Shown here in pieces: positions 1 through 11,182 of a stretch of DNA of 35,129 nucleotides. Position numbers and translations under genes: made by a program. This stretch comes from Toensbergia leucococca. Its lineage: Eukaryota. Each line of letters begins with the position of its first letter. Positions within the stretch are counted from its first letter, which is position 1. The stretch lies in assembly GCA_022813965.1 (NCBI GenBank), contig JALDZS010000081.1:62001-97129 (forward strand). Reading direction: 5' to 3'. The notes under the pieces were generated by a model. The model saw only the letters and a list, made by a program, of their open reading frames with translations. It made no database searches and was not told the origin of the DNA.

Positions 1-125
1 CGTGCCGAGCCCATGCGTAACCCGCAATTCAACCATCAGATCAAGTCTCCAACTCTTTCACAAATCTGTCTTACCCAAATTCCAGCGGTCGCAACAAAAA
101 ACTCGATCCTAGTCTGGAGCACGAA

Positions 126-1626
126 ATGACAGACCGTTCAGTCCCAGGGTCTAATCCGTCCGGCGCAGATGTTGAAGTTAACTTGAACAATGATACCAAA
201 GTGCGATTAAGGGACCTTACAGCTCAAGCGACCCTTAAGTACTCGATCAAGGACTACAATGCTGCCGCCGAACTTTACTCGCAAGCAACGGAGCTACAGG
301 CAGAACAAAACGGAGAAATGTCGTCCCAGAATGCGAACCTACTCTATTCTTACGGTCGGTGTCTATATCACGTTGCTGTCAGTAACAGCGATGTCCTAGG
401 CTCTAAGGTAGTGGGCGAAAAGAATGAAGGGAAGCCTAAAAGGCCGAAGGCCACAGAGCCGGAGAAGGACGCCAACGCGGACGAGCCAAGTAATGACGAG
501 GAAGAAGTAGCAGAGGAGGCTGTAGCAAGGATCGTGGAGGACAAAAATGCGAGAGCAGATGCAGGTGAAGGGACGGGTCTTGAAAGCAGGCCCTATTTCC
601 AATTCACTGGTGACGAGAACTTTGATGATTCCGATGAAGGAGAGGATGGTGAGGGGAATGATGAGGACGCAGAACCAGCTGATGAAGTGGATGACTTTGT
701 CAACGCATATGAGGTACTAGATCTGGCTCGGATACTCCTACTAAGGAGGCTCGAAGAGTTACAATCAAACCAAGGAGAAGGGAAGACCGCAGGAGAACAA
801 GAATCCGTGATGCAATTGAAGGAGCGCCTTGCTGACACGCATGATCTACAAGCTGAAATATCGTTGGAAGGCGAAAGATTTCCTAACGCCGTCGTGGATT
901 TGAAGGCGGCATTGGCGCTGAAGCAGGATATTTTCCCACAAGAATCAAGTCTTATTGCCGAAGCTCACTACAAATTATCTTTGGCCCTGGAGTTCTCGTC
1001 TGTGACACAGCAGAAGAATGAGAATGGAGAGGTCGAGACTGGAGAAGAAGCACATGTTGACTCGGCAATGAGGGAAGACGCAGCGAGGGAAATGGAAAAA
1101 GCTATCGTAAGCTGTAATTTACGGATACAGCGAGAAGAAGCAGCGCTGGTAACGAGCTCCACCAATGGGACCACTGGAAAAGTAAAAGTGACAAAGGAAA
1201 GTATTGACGACGTGAAAGAGATGGTCAAGGATATGGAGCAGCGGGTAGGAAGCATTGATTCCCGTGTCTGCTAATGAAGCTCTAATATCAATATAGCTTG
1301 TCGAACTACGTCACCCACCTGTCTCTATCAACGACCCTCAAGGAACTGGCGCGATTGACGGCGACAATCCTCTCCATGGCATCCTTGGCTCAATTCTCGG
1401 CGAGTCCCCTGCGACACAGAAAATCCGGCTAGAGGAAGTATCGAAAGGTGCTAACGATCTAACGAACCTAGTCAAGAGGAAGAAGCCTGTAGAAGATGGA
1501 AAATCCGAGATCATTAGGATTGAAGAGCCCAAAAGCAATGGCAAGAGGAAAGTCGAATTCGCCGAGGAAGTGGTTGAGGTGGGCACGGGGAAGAAGGCCA
1601 AAATATCTGCCGAAGATGATATTTAA
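126..1626 (+). CDS. sim3: NASP/Sim3/Hif1-family histone chaperone (SHNi-TPR), 2 exons: 126-1244, 1297-1626
   Basis: TPR-like segments (AAELYSQATE, LLYSYGRCLY, AYEVLDLAR, LQAEISLEGERFPNAV, IAEAHYKLSLALEF) are interrupted by an acidic tract. A GT..AG intron at 1245-1296 restores the frame into LVELRHPP...DLTNLVKRKK...GKKAK, with stop TAA at 1624-1626. Confidence 0.9.
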
Positions 1627-2356
1627 GTAATTCCGCTGAACGTAAACCGAGCTCTGCATTGCACATGAAGTTGGTCAAGACGAGCCCAGGATATGGATGA
1701 GGCTTCTTGGAGACGCGACCAATGTGTTTGTTTAATGATCCAAGTAAGATACCACGGCGTTTCTGACAGGACAGCATACTCGTTGTAAGCAGCACCTGAA
1801 GACCTCAAAAAATGACAGAGTTGGATCAATCACCCGGCTTGTATACACGGACTTTAGTGCACTCGGTACTTAGATTTTATTATCCTACAAGAATTTGGGA
1901 TGGGCATGAAAGACACCGGCGGACGATGCTCCTGTCTGCTACTCTAGATAGAACATACTCTACAAGTACGAATATGATAAGAGTACAGGTACTCGTACCT
2001 AAAATAGCTCAGATTAGTAAGATGACTTTGTGCAATCGATAAGACAGGCCGCTAAGATATGGAGTTAGGTAGGTATGCACCATCAGACCATTCAGTCACC
2101 CCTCACCCTCAGACATTTGCGGCATTCGTGAAAGAGTCAAAACAAGTGAAGCATGCCATCTGCCGCGTATTCATTAGCTATTCATTGTATCCGTCACCCT
2201 CGGCTTCATCGTCTAGCTCTGTTCTCTGCTCCGAGAGCGTCGTCCTTTCAGCTCATATCCCTGCCAGTTCATCTGCCTAATCCATGACCTTCTCTCGTCA
2301 ACTCTCAGTCTACCTGCAACCAACCAATTACAGAAGGCTGAGGTTAGCTCTGGACC

Positions 2357-3127
2357 ATGTCCTTTCTTAATCGATCATCCTTTGTGTCACTCTATCCATT
2401 CCCCGTTTATCTCCTCCCTCCAATCCCCTTCCGCCGCCGCAAGTCCAGCAGTGACTCCGCGGCCAGCGCTCCGTCTATTCTCACTACCGACAATACCAAC
2501 GTCAACCCAGATAAGTACCTCAGTGGACATATCTCTTACCTCCGTTGCGCTCGCTGCGCCATAGACCTTTGCCTCACGTCGCAGATAATTAGCAAGGGCT
2601 TCACCGGCCGTCATGGGCGAGCATATCTAGTCTCAGCGTCTCCAGTAGCCAGTGGAATCTCTCACACGTCCACAGCGAGCAGTACGGTGTCCTTACCGAA
2701 TACCCATATTCACAAAGCTGTACCAAGACAGCTTGTCACAGGGGCTCACACCGTAAGCGATGTTAGTTGCGCAATATGCGGGAATGTACTTGGATGGAAG
2801 TATGTTGCAGCCGAAGAAGAAGCGCAAAGATACAAGGTTGGTAAATTTATACTTGAGACAAAGAAGATATGCTCAACGTCGTGCTGGGAGAATGAAGAGC
2901 CGGAGAAGGTGGAACAGGATGGAGTCTCGATAATGCCACCTGTAAGCTTGGATGCTCAAGGTATAGACGGATACCGAGAGGAAGACGTAGAATTTGACAG
3001 TGAGGACGAGGACGAATGTGAGGATTTGTTTGCTGGGGTATGGAGTCCTGGCCTGGCAATGAAGAGAAGGCAGGGAAGGCGATTTGGTAGGGAGATGATG
3101 GAAAGTTCGAAAAATTATTCAAGATAA
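2357..3127 (+). CDS. Yippee/Mis18/cereblon-family zinc-binding protein
   Basis: CARC...QIISKGFTGRHGRAYL...RQLVTGAHTVSDVSCAICGNVLGWKYVAAEEEAQRYKVGKFILE is the Yippee signature with two CxxC pairs. The start codon is not certain. Confidence 0.9.
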   Translation: MSFLNRSSFVSLYPFPVYLLPPIPFRRRKSSSDSAASAPSILTTDNTNVNPDKYLSGHISYLRCARCAIDLCLTSQIISKGFTGRHGRAYLVSASPVASGISHTSTASSTVSLPNTHIHKAVPRQLVTGAHTVSDVSCAICGNVLGWKYVAAEEEAQRYKVGKFILETKKICSTSCWENEEPEKVEQDGVSIMPPVSLDAQGIDGYREEDVEFDSEDEDECEDLFAGVWSPGLAMKRRQGRRFGREMMESSKNYSR

Positions 3128-3419
3128 CGATGAGCATGAGCATGATTCGGTAAGAAGCGGAGTCCGGTAGTATCTTTACTTGATCATCGAATGGTGCACT
3201 TGATGGAAAGAATATTTTTTTGATAGCGCAGGTCTTTCAAACGGGGAATAACCAGGGAATGGTGCCTGCGTTTGGGTGAGCAGTCTGGCCTTCACAATAC
3301 CCCCAATGCGAGGAGCATGAGAGTTTGAATTACACGAATCGGATGAGTTCTGTTTGACCGGACTAGCCGGATTAATACAGATATGGATCATTTCAGCGCA
3401 TGAACCAGAACACTTCTCT

Positions 3420-4308
3420 CTAGACTTCGATACCTAGCATAAGCCATGTTTTGCTTGTGATCGCTGTCCCCGTCCAAGTGGCTAAGGTCAAAAGCTCGAA
3501 CCCGATCCATCCCAGATCCCTTATGATCCCCTTGGTCTCACAAGATCCGTCCAGTCGGCTAAGGCAGACAACCAGATGATTGCAATCGAAAGATGTAGAG
3601 CTCGTCAGCTCAATAAGGGCAATAAACCTATACTTGTTAGCTAGCGGATTCGTCGGTTTTAAAAGAGGATGATTCAATGAACATACGCAGATTTAAGATC
3701 TTTCCCAAGGACATTGGTTTCAAAGAAAACAAAAAGGCTTCTCTCCATTCCAGCGCTACCCACGAAACCTCTAAGTCTCACGTCGCTCGAATAGTCCCAG
3801 ATCTCCAGCCAATGAGTCACCAGGTTGGAATTTTCAATAAAGTCATGGCTCTGCATCTCTTTGTGCGGGCCCATTACTACCGATCTTCCTATCGCTGACC
3901 TCCTCTCACCAAGGAAGACAGCTTTCAGTGTTTCGCAGAAGAGTCTCTCACACTCTTCCGTAATGATGTCCGCAGCGCCTCCTCGTCGCACCCATGTGCT
4001 TTTCCACGCTCCATTAAAGTTATCAGAGGAAACATTGGAAGCAGGGGGGGGTTAACGGCATGGAAGCGGTTCCCAAGCCGACCTCAGGAACACCACTGTG
4101 CCCCTGTACGTATGCAGCGTCAGCCTTTGCAAAGCCGTTGTACTATCAAGAAATGACAGTCAAGAATGAGCTTACCGCCCGCCCCCGTAGTGGAGTAATG
4201 AAAGCCCATTAGTATGGCAGTGCGAGCATCAACGGTGTAGCAGCTGGCGAGGACTTTTCGGCTCATATTGTGTTGCTGGTACCGACTATTGTTGTGAAAT
4301 TTTGCCAT
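3420..4308 (-). CDS. OAZ1: Ornithine decarboxylase antizyme (programmed +1 frameshift); exons 4308-4176, 4103-3687, 3627-3420
   Basis: ORF1 is MAKFHNN...VLASCY...FHYSTTGAG. After splicing intron 4175-4104 (GTAAGC..CAG) it reads GGG GCA CAG TGG TGT TCC TGA, the antizyme shift site. ORF2 contains RGGAADIITEECERLFCETLKAVFLGE, WLEIWDY, RSLFVFF and, after intron 3686-3628, LIELT...CNHLVVCLSR...RDLGWIGFEL...WLMLGIEV*. As assembled there is one extra base in the G8 run at 4044-4051. Confidence 0.93.
4084..4095 (-). promoter_or_regulatory. Antizyme +1 ribosomal frameshift site UGG-UGU-UCC-UGA
   Basis: It is in frame with ORF1 after splicing and matches the conserved UGG-UGY-UCC-UGA antizyme context. 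Confidence 0.92.
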
Positions 4309-4511
4309 TGCACACAGACACCACAATTGCAATTGAATTGATGGTTCAAATAGGACAAATTATAGAAAGCTTGAGGATTTCAAAGGCTAGTGTGTTCTAA
4401 AGAAGGTTGAACCTTTCAGTGGCGAGCCTGAATGAAATGAATAAGCGAGTAGAGTATTCCTTGGCACGATTCGAGGGATTGGACAAAAAGATCTGGCTGA
4501 TGAAGAAAAAA

Positions 4512-5138
4512 GGGTTATAATATCCTTACACCCTATTTCGATAACCCGACACCCCATTTTGATAACCCGACACCCGCCCCCCATACCATTACCCGATTAG
4601 GCATTAGTGCGTCCCGGGCGCGATGTAGCATAAGGAATCATCATGATTTCGCACCACATCTTGCCTGGATTCTCTACCACTTTGCAAGCCATTTACTTGT
4701 TCCATTTGCGTCCCATCTAGAAGCCAAATTACCTAGGAGAAATATCATGCTTTTGTACTACATCCTGACTCGATTCCCCTCAACCCCGGGCGCACGATCA
4801 CCCCGCGGGCGCAAAAACATCGCAATTTTGTGATCTACATTAAACAGCCCCCCATCCACCTGAATAGCACGTTCCTCTACCTCATCAGCCTCCATACCAG
4901 CTCTGATATTCTGTGAAAGATGTACTACTTCTGGCAAGTATAGAGTTGAGCGATGCAATGAAGATGATAAATTGTGATGCAAAATCGCGATGTTTCAGTA
5001 CCTATCTGACATTGCGCCCGGTGATGACTATGCCTAATCAGACCTAATCATTGCCGGATTAGGTACTGGTAGGGGGGTGTCGGCATATCAAAATGGGGTG
5101 TCGGGTTATCGAAATAGGGTGTAGGGATATTATAACCC
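4512..5138. mobile_element. MITE / non-autonomous TIR element (possibly Mutator-like), ~627 bp
   Basis: 4512-4564 and 5086-5138 are near-perfect inverted repeats (GGGTTATAATATCCyTACACCCTATTTCGATAACCCGACACCCCATTTTGATA, 1 mismatch). Patchy inverted similarity continues to ~150 bp. The flanks AGAAAAAA and AGAAAATAA resemble a degenerate 8-9-bp TSD. No transposase ORF. Confidence 0.8.
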
Positions 5139-5938
5139 AGAAAATAATGCTATGGAGTATTTTACGGAGTGGGCTATCTGTATCCGTACCTCGCGTGCTC
5201 GGTATTCTAACGTAGGTGGCGCTGTCGCTGGCAATTTGATCCATTGATACTGAGTAGTAAAATGTTATCAATAGGTACCTATCCGTCGATCCATAGAATA
5301 CTTTCCATCATGATCTTTTGAGAACATTACTTACAGTATTGATTTCAAAGATGGAATGCATTACGGAGTACTCGTCTACTTGATATTCCCATTTTGGCGA
5401 TTACATGATAATATACAAAGTTTGTATCAATCTTAAATATTGTGAATAATCAATTTCTGCTACAAGTTGACAAAGTAGATAGGTAGGTCTCAACGTTAAA
5501 AACAAGAAGCTACGATACTTGAAAGTGACACCTTGACAGTATGTAAATATTGGCTTGCGGGAACGAAGAATATATCATCAAGATACACGTAGAGCATAGG
5601 TAGGTATGAATAATTTGGAAATTGGCATTTGATTCCCTTTGAGTACTACCAAGACTATCTGCAATTTTATCTGCCCACTGTCCTCTTGTGCCAATGCATT
5701 CATATTTACACCGTCACTATGGGTCAGACCGTGCCAGTTCAGTAACCTTCTCATCCTTCCCTGGGCCCAACACACTGAAAATGCTCTAAAGCTGGGTATC
5801 TATTTGAGAACGCCGCGGCTGATGCGAAACTCCAAGATAGTAAATGCCTTCCGTAACTCCTTTCCCAGTATGTGCAAATACCTCTCCACATCTCCACCTC
5901 TTAATCTCGCCCATATAGCCATTCGTGTGTTATTCACT

Positions 5939-8097
5939 TCAAATCTCGCGGTAATCAGTAGGCCGGTTAATATTACGCCTTGCTTGATGTCGGTGGGGAT
6001 TAACAGGTTTGCGAAAGTAGGCACTATCCTCCTCGTTTGGTGTGGGCGCGCTGAACGTGTTTCGTTGCTGATTGGCAAAAGTAGTTTTGGCCTGTCCATT
6101 TGGTATCATACCATGGCTCCCCATGAAGCCGTTACCCGGTGGCATTTGCCCATTGAATTGGCCGTAGCTACCATGTGCCACTACTCCATTGTGATATCCG
6201 GGCCCATTCATGCCATTAGATTGCGGAGCAAAGCCCGTTCCCATCCAAGTATTATTCCAATTGTTACCGCTCGGACCTGCAAACGCTCCAGCTTGCATCA
6301 TCATCGGATCCTGCATGCCTGGCCCCATCGTCATTAAAGGCGCCATACTTACTGGCATCCCCATAGTAGTGCCTATTGACGTGCCCATCGGCATCCCCAT
6401 ATACCCAGTCACGTTTGGGAATGCCATCGAATTCAAGCCCTGCTGCTGAAGCAATAAATTTCCATTCGCGAAAGGGAGCTGGTTTGTAAAAGACATGTCT
6501 GACGGTAAACGTGGTGGTTGGCCGGTAATTGGAGGCTTAGGACCAGTATCTGAGGAATTTCTCTTCATAGATCCTACATTCGGGCCCGGCGGTACTCGCT
6601 CGTTTTTTATTTCGGCTTCGGCCGGTCGCTTTTTCGCAGTGCCGTTCGTGAGGGGGTTTGAAATGGGGGTCGATGCCTTAGAAAGCGCATTGCCGGTTGA
6701 GGAAGCTGGCTTCTCTTGCGTACTGATGAGCTGGAGGCTGTCTTTCGTAGATGGACTCTTTGAGCCTTCCTTCGATGGTGTCTGTGCATCGTTTTTTTCC
6801 TGCTCATATTCACGTATAGTAGCAGCCATTTCTCCGTCGGGTATCAGGTTGTCAATCGAGATGTTGTCAGTAGAGCATTCTGGACATCGCAACCCGTTCT
6901 CGATTAGGACATTAGTGATGCATTCAAGACAGTACGTCGTTTGGCAACATGGTATCTTGGTAGGTTCTACATATAGACGCTTGTCGATTGAGCACTCTAA
7001 GCCTCTTTCTTGCAACTCTTTGCTACCACGAGAAACAGCCTCCTGGGCAGCAGCAGAAACCTTAGCCTTTGCTTGGTATTGATCCCAAGAGGCCTTGTCC
7101 GGCTCAGCTACTACCCATTCACCCTCTGCATTCACCATGACACCCGATGGCTGTTTTGTATCATCTGTTGTTCCATCATTTGCAAGACCAACAGGTCTCT
7201 CAACAGTTTTGAGGAACGAGCGAGGTATACCAGTTGTACGTTTTACACGCGGTCGGCCGTCAAAGGTAGGGTCGTCGTTGGTTGGGCAAACTTGAATCCA
7301 ATGGCCTGCGAGTAGCCGTTAATACTTTAATTTTATGAGTTTCTTATAATCACTAACCTTTCTCGCCACAGCGATAACATATATATCCAGAAGGAGGAGG
7401 GCGGTCTGGGACGTTAATAGCCTTGCCTTTCATTGGGCCCCCACGATGTATCGGTGTAACACTGAGATGATTTAAATTAGCCATCAACGCTTGGTAATGC
7501 CGTCATATACAGTGTCTAGACTCAAGTTTTTTGGTGGGACAGTTCACGTACTTGGCCATTTCCTGCTGCTGCTGTGCCCACTGATCCGCGCCCATCTTGA
7601 ACATCGCAGCGATTTTCTCCTCTTCTGTTTGAGCTACAGTCATGTCCAACAGACTAGAAGGTGTATTGGCGCTTTTTCCCAGCGGGACAGACTTCGTACT
7701 GGGAACCTCTGCTCGGTGGGAATTCTTGGAGTTTTGGGGCATTTTGCCGGATATGTATCTTGCAGCACCACCACGCCCTTGCTTCGAAGCTGGGAGTCTC
7801 TTCGCAATTACAGACGTAGACCGAGGGATTATAAATGTGTCATCATCATACGCTATCTTCGGGTCAGATAATAACATTATGGGAAACCGGAAGAGGGCTT
7901 TCAAAGCGCGGGAAATACAACATACCTTCATTAGTGTCTTCGGAGCATATCATAAGCTCAAAATCTGTGCCATCTCCAAGGCGATTCACTGTAATGATCT
8001 CCCTTTTTAATTCAAAGACTGAAATTCCCGTCCCATCAAATGTTACCCTCGATGGCTCTTTTTGGGATTTGAACCTGAAAAACACAGAAGAAGACAT
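5939..8097 (-). CDS. MPE1: Mpe1/RBBP6 cleavage and polyadenylation factor subunit (DWNN + zinc knuckle + RING-like); introns 7925-7853, 7551-7462, 7357-7306
   Basis: DWNN domain MSSSVFFRFKSQKEPSRVTFDGTGISVFELKREII...YDDDTFIIPRSTSVIAKRLP; zinc knuckle CYRCGEKGHWIQVCPTN; RVKRTTGIPRSFL; RING-like CSIDKRL...PCCQTTYCLECI...CPEC. Three canonical GT-AG introns restore the frame. Confidence 0.93.
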
Positions 8098-9173
8098 GAC
8101 GATCGAAAAGCCCTCACACGAATACTTTACGGGAATCTCAAAGGGCCGTGTAAAGGTGGACTTGTCGGTTTGCTTGCGAAGTACCCAGTCGTAGTAGGTA
8201 TGACAAGGACAAATCGGCACAGTCGTTCCCTGTCGACAGTGTTATTTGGTGTAGATAATACTACTGAAGTTCATGAGACTCCAGGCTTTGGTCTTCAAAA
8301 TCAGTTGGACTTGAACGGAGTACGGTAGGTTCTTTGAGACACTCCGCTTGCGCTTTGTTCTTGCTGATACAAATCTTATTCTTTGGGGGGTGACAATAGG
8401 CACAAAAACAGTACAGGACTTTGTGAATCAATGATTACAAGAAGCTTTGGCTTGAGTACACAGAACTGAAAGTCGAAAAAGCAAGTGGTAGGTTGAGAAC
8501 CCAAATCTTCCCGAAGCAACAGTTTCTAGATATACAGCCAATGCCAGTGATATCCTCTCTATACTAAGACCCTAGGATCTTCAAACAAGATGTCCTCGAA
8601 GTTTCCGATCGTAGTGGCGGAAATGGCGTTACGATCACTATGTGGTGATGTGTCACCAAGTCGATTCGTCTAATGTGAAGACTCTTCAAGAGCAGGACAG
8701 ATCATTGATGCAATACTGATGCGAGAGTAAGTAGAAACCAAAGGGTTTTAGTAGACAGCAAGAGAGAAGAGTTGATCTGTAGGAGCGATGAGATGGGGTT
8801 GGGTGGATGGCGTGGAAAGAAAGAAGACGAAGTATGGAAATAGGTAAGAAAGAACAAAGTACCTTACGTACCTAGTCAGCTTCTGACTTAGTAAGGAAAA
8901 GGTGCATGTGAATTACTCAGCCGAGTCAAGGCGTTAAAATGACAATAAGCGAGTTGACACAGGTAATACGGTAGCTCAGTAGGTATCCGTACTCCGTACC
9001 GATGTAGGTAAGCACGAGTGGCACTACCGGGGAAATCGACTTTAAGTCAAAAGTACAATCTATTGTACACCGAAAACTGCTGCAGTCTAATCTGTAGACA
9101 ATATCTATGTACCTGCTACCAATTCTATCTACAATACTCAGTAAATTTTCAGATTTACAGGCACAGAGCCCTG

Positions 9174-10935
9174 TCAAATCTTATCCTCAAATTCCCTAAT
9201 CAGAAAGCCAGCACTTGATAAGTAATCCTTCACCTCCTTGATGGTGTATTCGCCTCGATGGAACTAGAAGGACGTTCAGCAAGCATTTACAAAGGTACAA
9301 CATTGTGACATACCATGCCGGCCCCCAGCGCCGCATCTGTTCTTGTTTGCCCGAAGACCTCCTCAAAGTGCGCTGGAGTACCTGCGCCACTTGAAGCTAT
9401 GACGGGAATAAGTGTTGCGTCTTTCACATCGTTGACTAGCTCCAGATCAAAGCCGCTGTTGCTTCCATCTTTATCTATGCAATTGAGCAAGATCTCTCCA
9501 GCGCCCATAGCCTCGACCGCCGTTACCAATTGTCGAACATCTATGTCTCTTCCTTCACGTCCACCTTTGATTGTACACTGATACCAGCAAAACTCTTCAC
9601 CACAAGGCCCAGCGTATTTTGTTTTGATGGTATGATGAGTAGTCTCATCTGGGTATCTTACGTAGATACGCTTCGGGTCAACGCTGATGACCACGGCTTG
9701 ATTACCGTATGCTGCAGAAATCGTCTCGATGGCTGTCGTCCCCGAAAGTTTCCTCTCATTCTTGTAATATTCCTCGGCAACCGCGACTGCATCTGATCCA
9801 ATACTCACTTTATCTGCCCCAGACTTAAAATACAACGTGGCAACTTCAAGGGCTGAGATCTTGGCGCCGTCAGTATCAAGAGTGTCACGTATTCCTCCAC
9901 CGACGGTCAGTGGAACGAAAACACTTTCGGATGTTTGTCGTAAAATCTCTAGCATTGGGAGGTCTGCCAGCGGACAATTGCGAAACGACGTTATGTTCAG
10001 AAACGTTATCTCATCCGATCCCTGCTCATAATACCGTCGCGCCATATCAACGGGTTTTCCTAAATTCCTCACATAACCTTCAGTAGTGCAACCGCTTTTT
10101 TCACGCACATCGTATTGATCGCCTTTGGTAACGACAAGGTCGCCTTCATCATTCGTACGCACGTCAAGGCAGGCAATGATTCTTCGCGTGAGTCCCTGAC
10201 CTTTGTCAGACGGCATCATCTCTTCCAAAGTTTCCCACTCTTTGCCGTCGCAAAAAGCTTTCAGAACTCGGAGACCAGCGATTCCACTCTTTTCGGGATG
10301 GAACTGCGTCGCAAAAGTGTGACCTCGTCCAATTGCTCCAACAAACTCTTCTTTCCCATATTTAGCTATTGCAACAGTCCAGCCATCCTGCTCTAGAAGT
10401 CCTTTCTGATAAGGTACTGCATATGAATGAACGTAGTAGTATTTGCTATTGGACCGTAGACCGTACAGGCTTTTGCTCTGTACCACGCCATTTCTAGTAG
10501 TAGATGCCGAATTCCATCCAATGTGTGGTACACTTTTGTCCGTATGACTGAATTTAGTCAGATTTCCAGATATGATTCCAAGGCCAGGTACTACTGGACT
10601 TTCGGCGGACCCTTGGAACAATGCTTGTAAGCCGACACATATACCCATGAAAGGTTTGCCGGACTCGACATGCTTGCGAATTGGTTCGAGAAAGCCGCCC
10701 TGGGAAAATTGAGTAAGGCAATGCCCAAAATGGCCTACGCCGGGCAAGATGAGCCTCTACGACTCGTGTCATCAGTGCAGCTCAAAGCACCGAATCATCA
10801 GCGGGTACATACCTCGGCTTTTTCTATATCTCTAGGCTCCTTGATCCACTCCACTGTATAGCCAATCTTCTCAATAGCATTGACCAGAGAACGCACGTTA
10901 CCAGCGACATAATCGAGAAGGTGTACGGTAGGCAT
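9174..10935 (-). CDS. HIS7: Imidazole glycerol phosphate synthase HisHF (fused glutaminase/cyclase); introns 10812-10757, 9313-9264
   Basis: [98 protein letters not shown]; last exon FHRGEYT...EDKI*. Confidence 0.97.
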
Positions 10936-11182
10936 GACACAACATACTGATAAAAGGTGAATTTTTCTTCTCGAGTTATGCCACAATTTTTTGCAACTAG
11001 TTGAGTAAAGTGTTCGTATTATTGAGGACGAAAAGCGGGTTTCTACCTAATGAGGTACTGGCCACGCTGGCGTTGTATTATACCGTTCCCTACCTAACCT
11101 TTCTTTCTACTAGCGTGACAGGCAACCAGTTCGCTCTTGAACAATGGCACGTCCTTTGAAACAACGCCCAGTATCCAGATTC

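Noticed and set aside
5639..7082. 232-aa and 195-aa plus-strand ORFs
   Set aside because: Antisense shadows of MPE1, with no recognisable motifs.
11001..11009. TGAGTAA as a Gcn4/CpcA site upstream of HIS7
   Set aside because: Only a single imperfect match to TGASTCA; plausible but not supportable.
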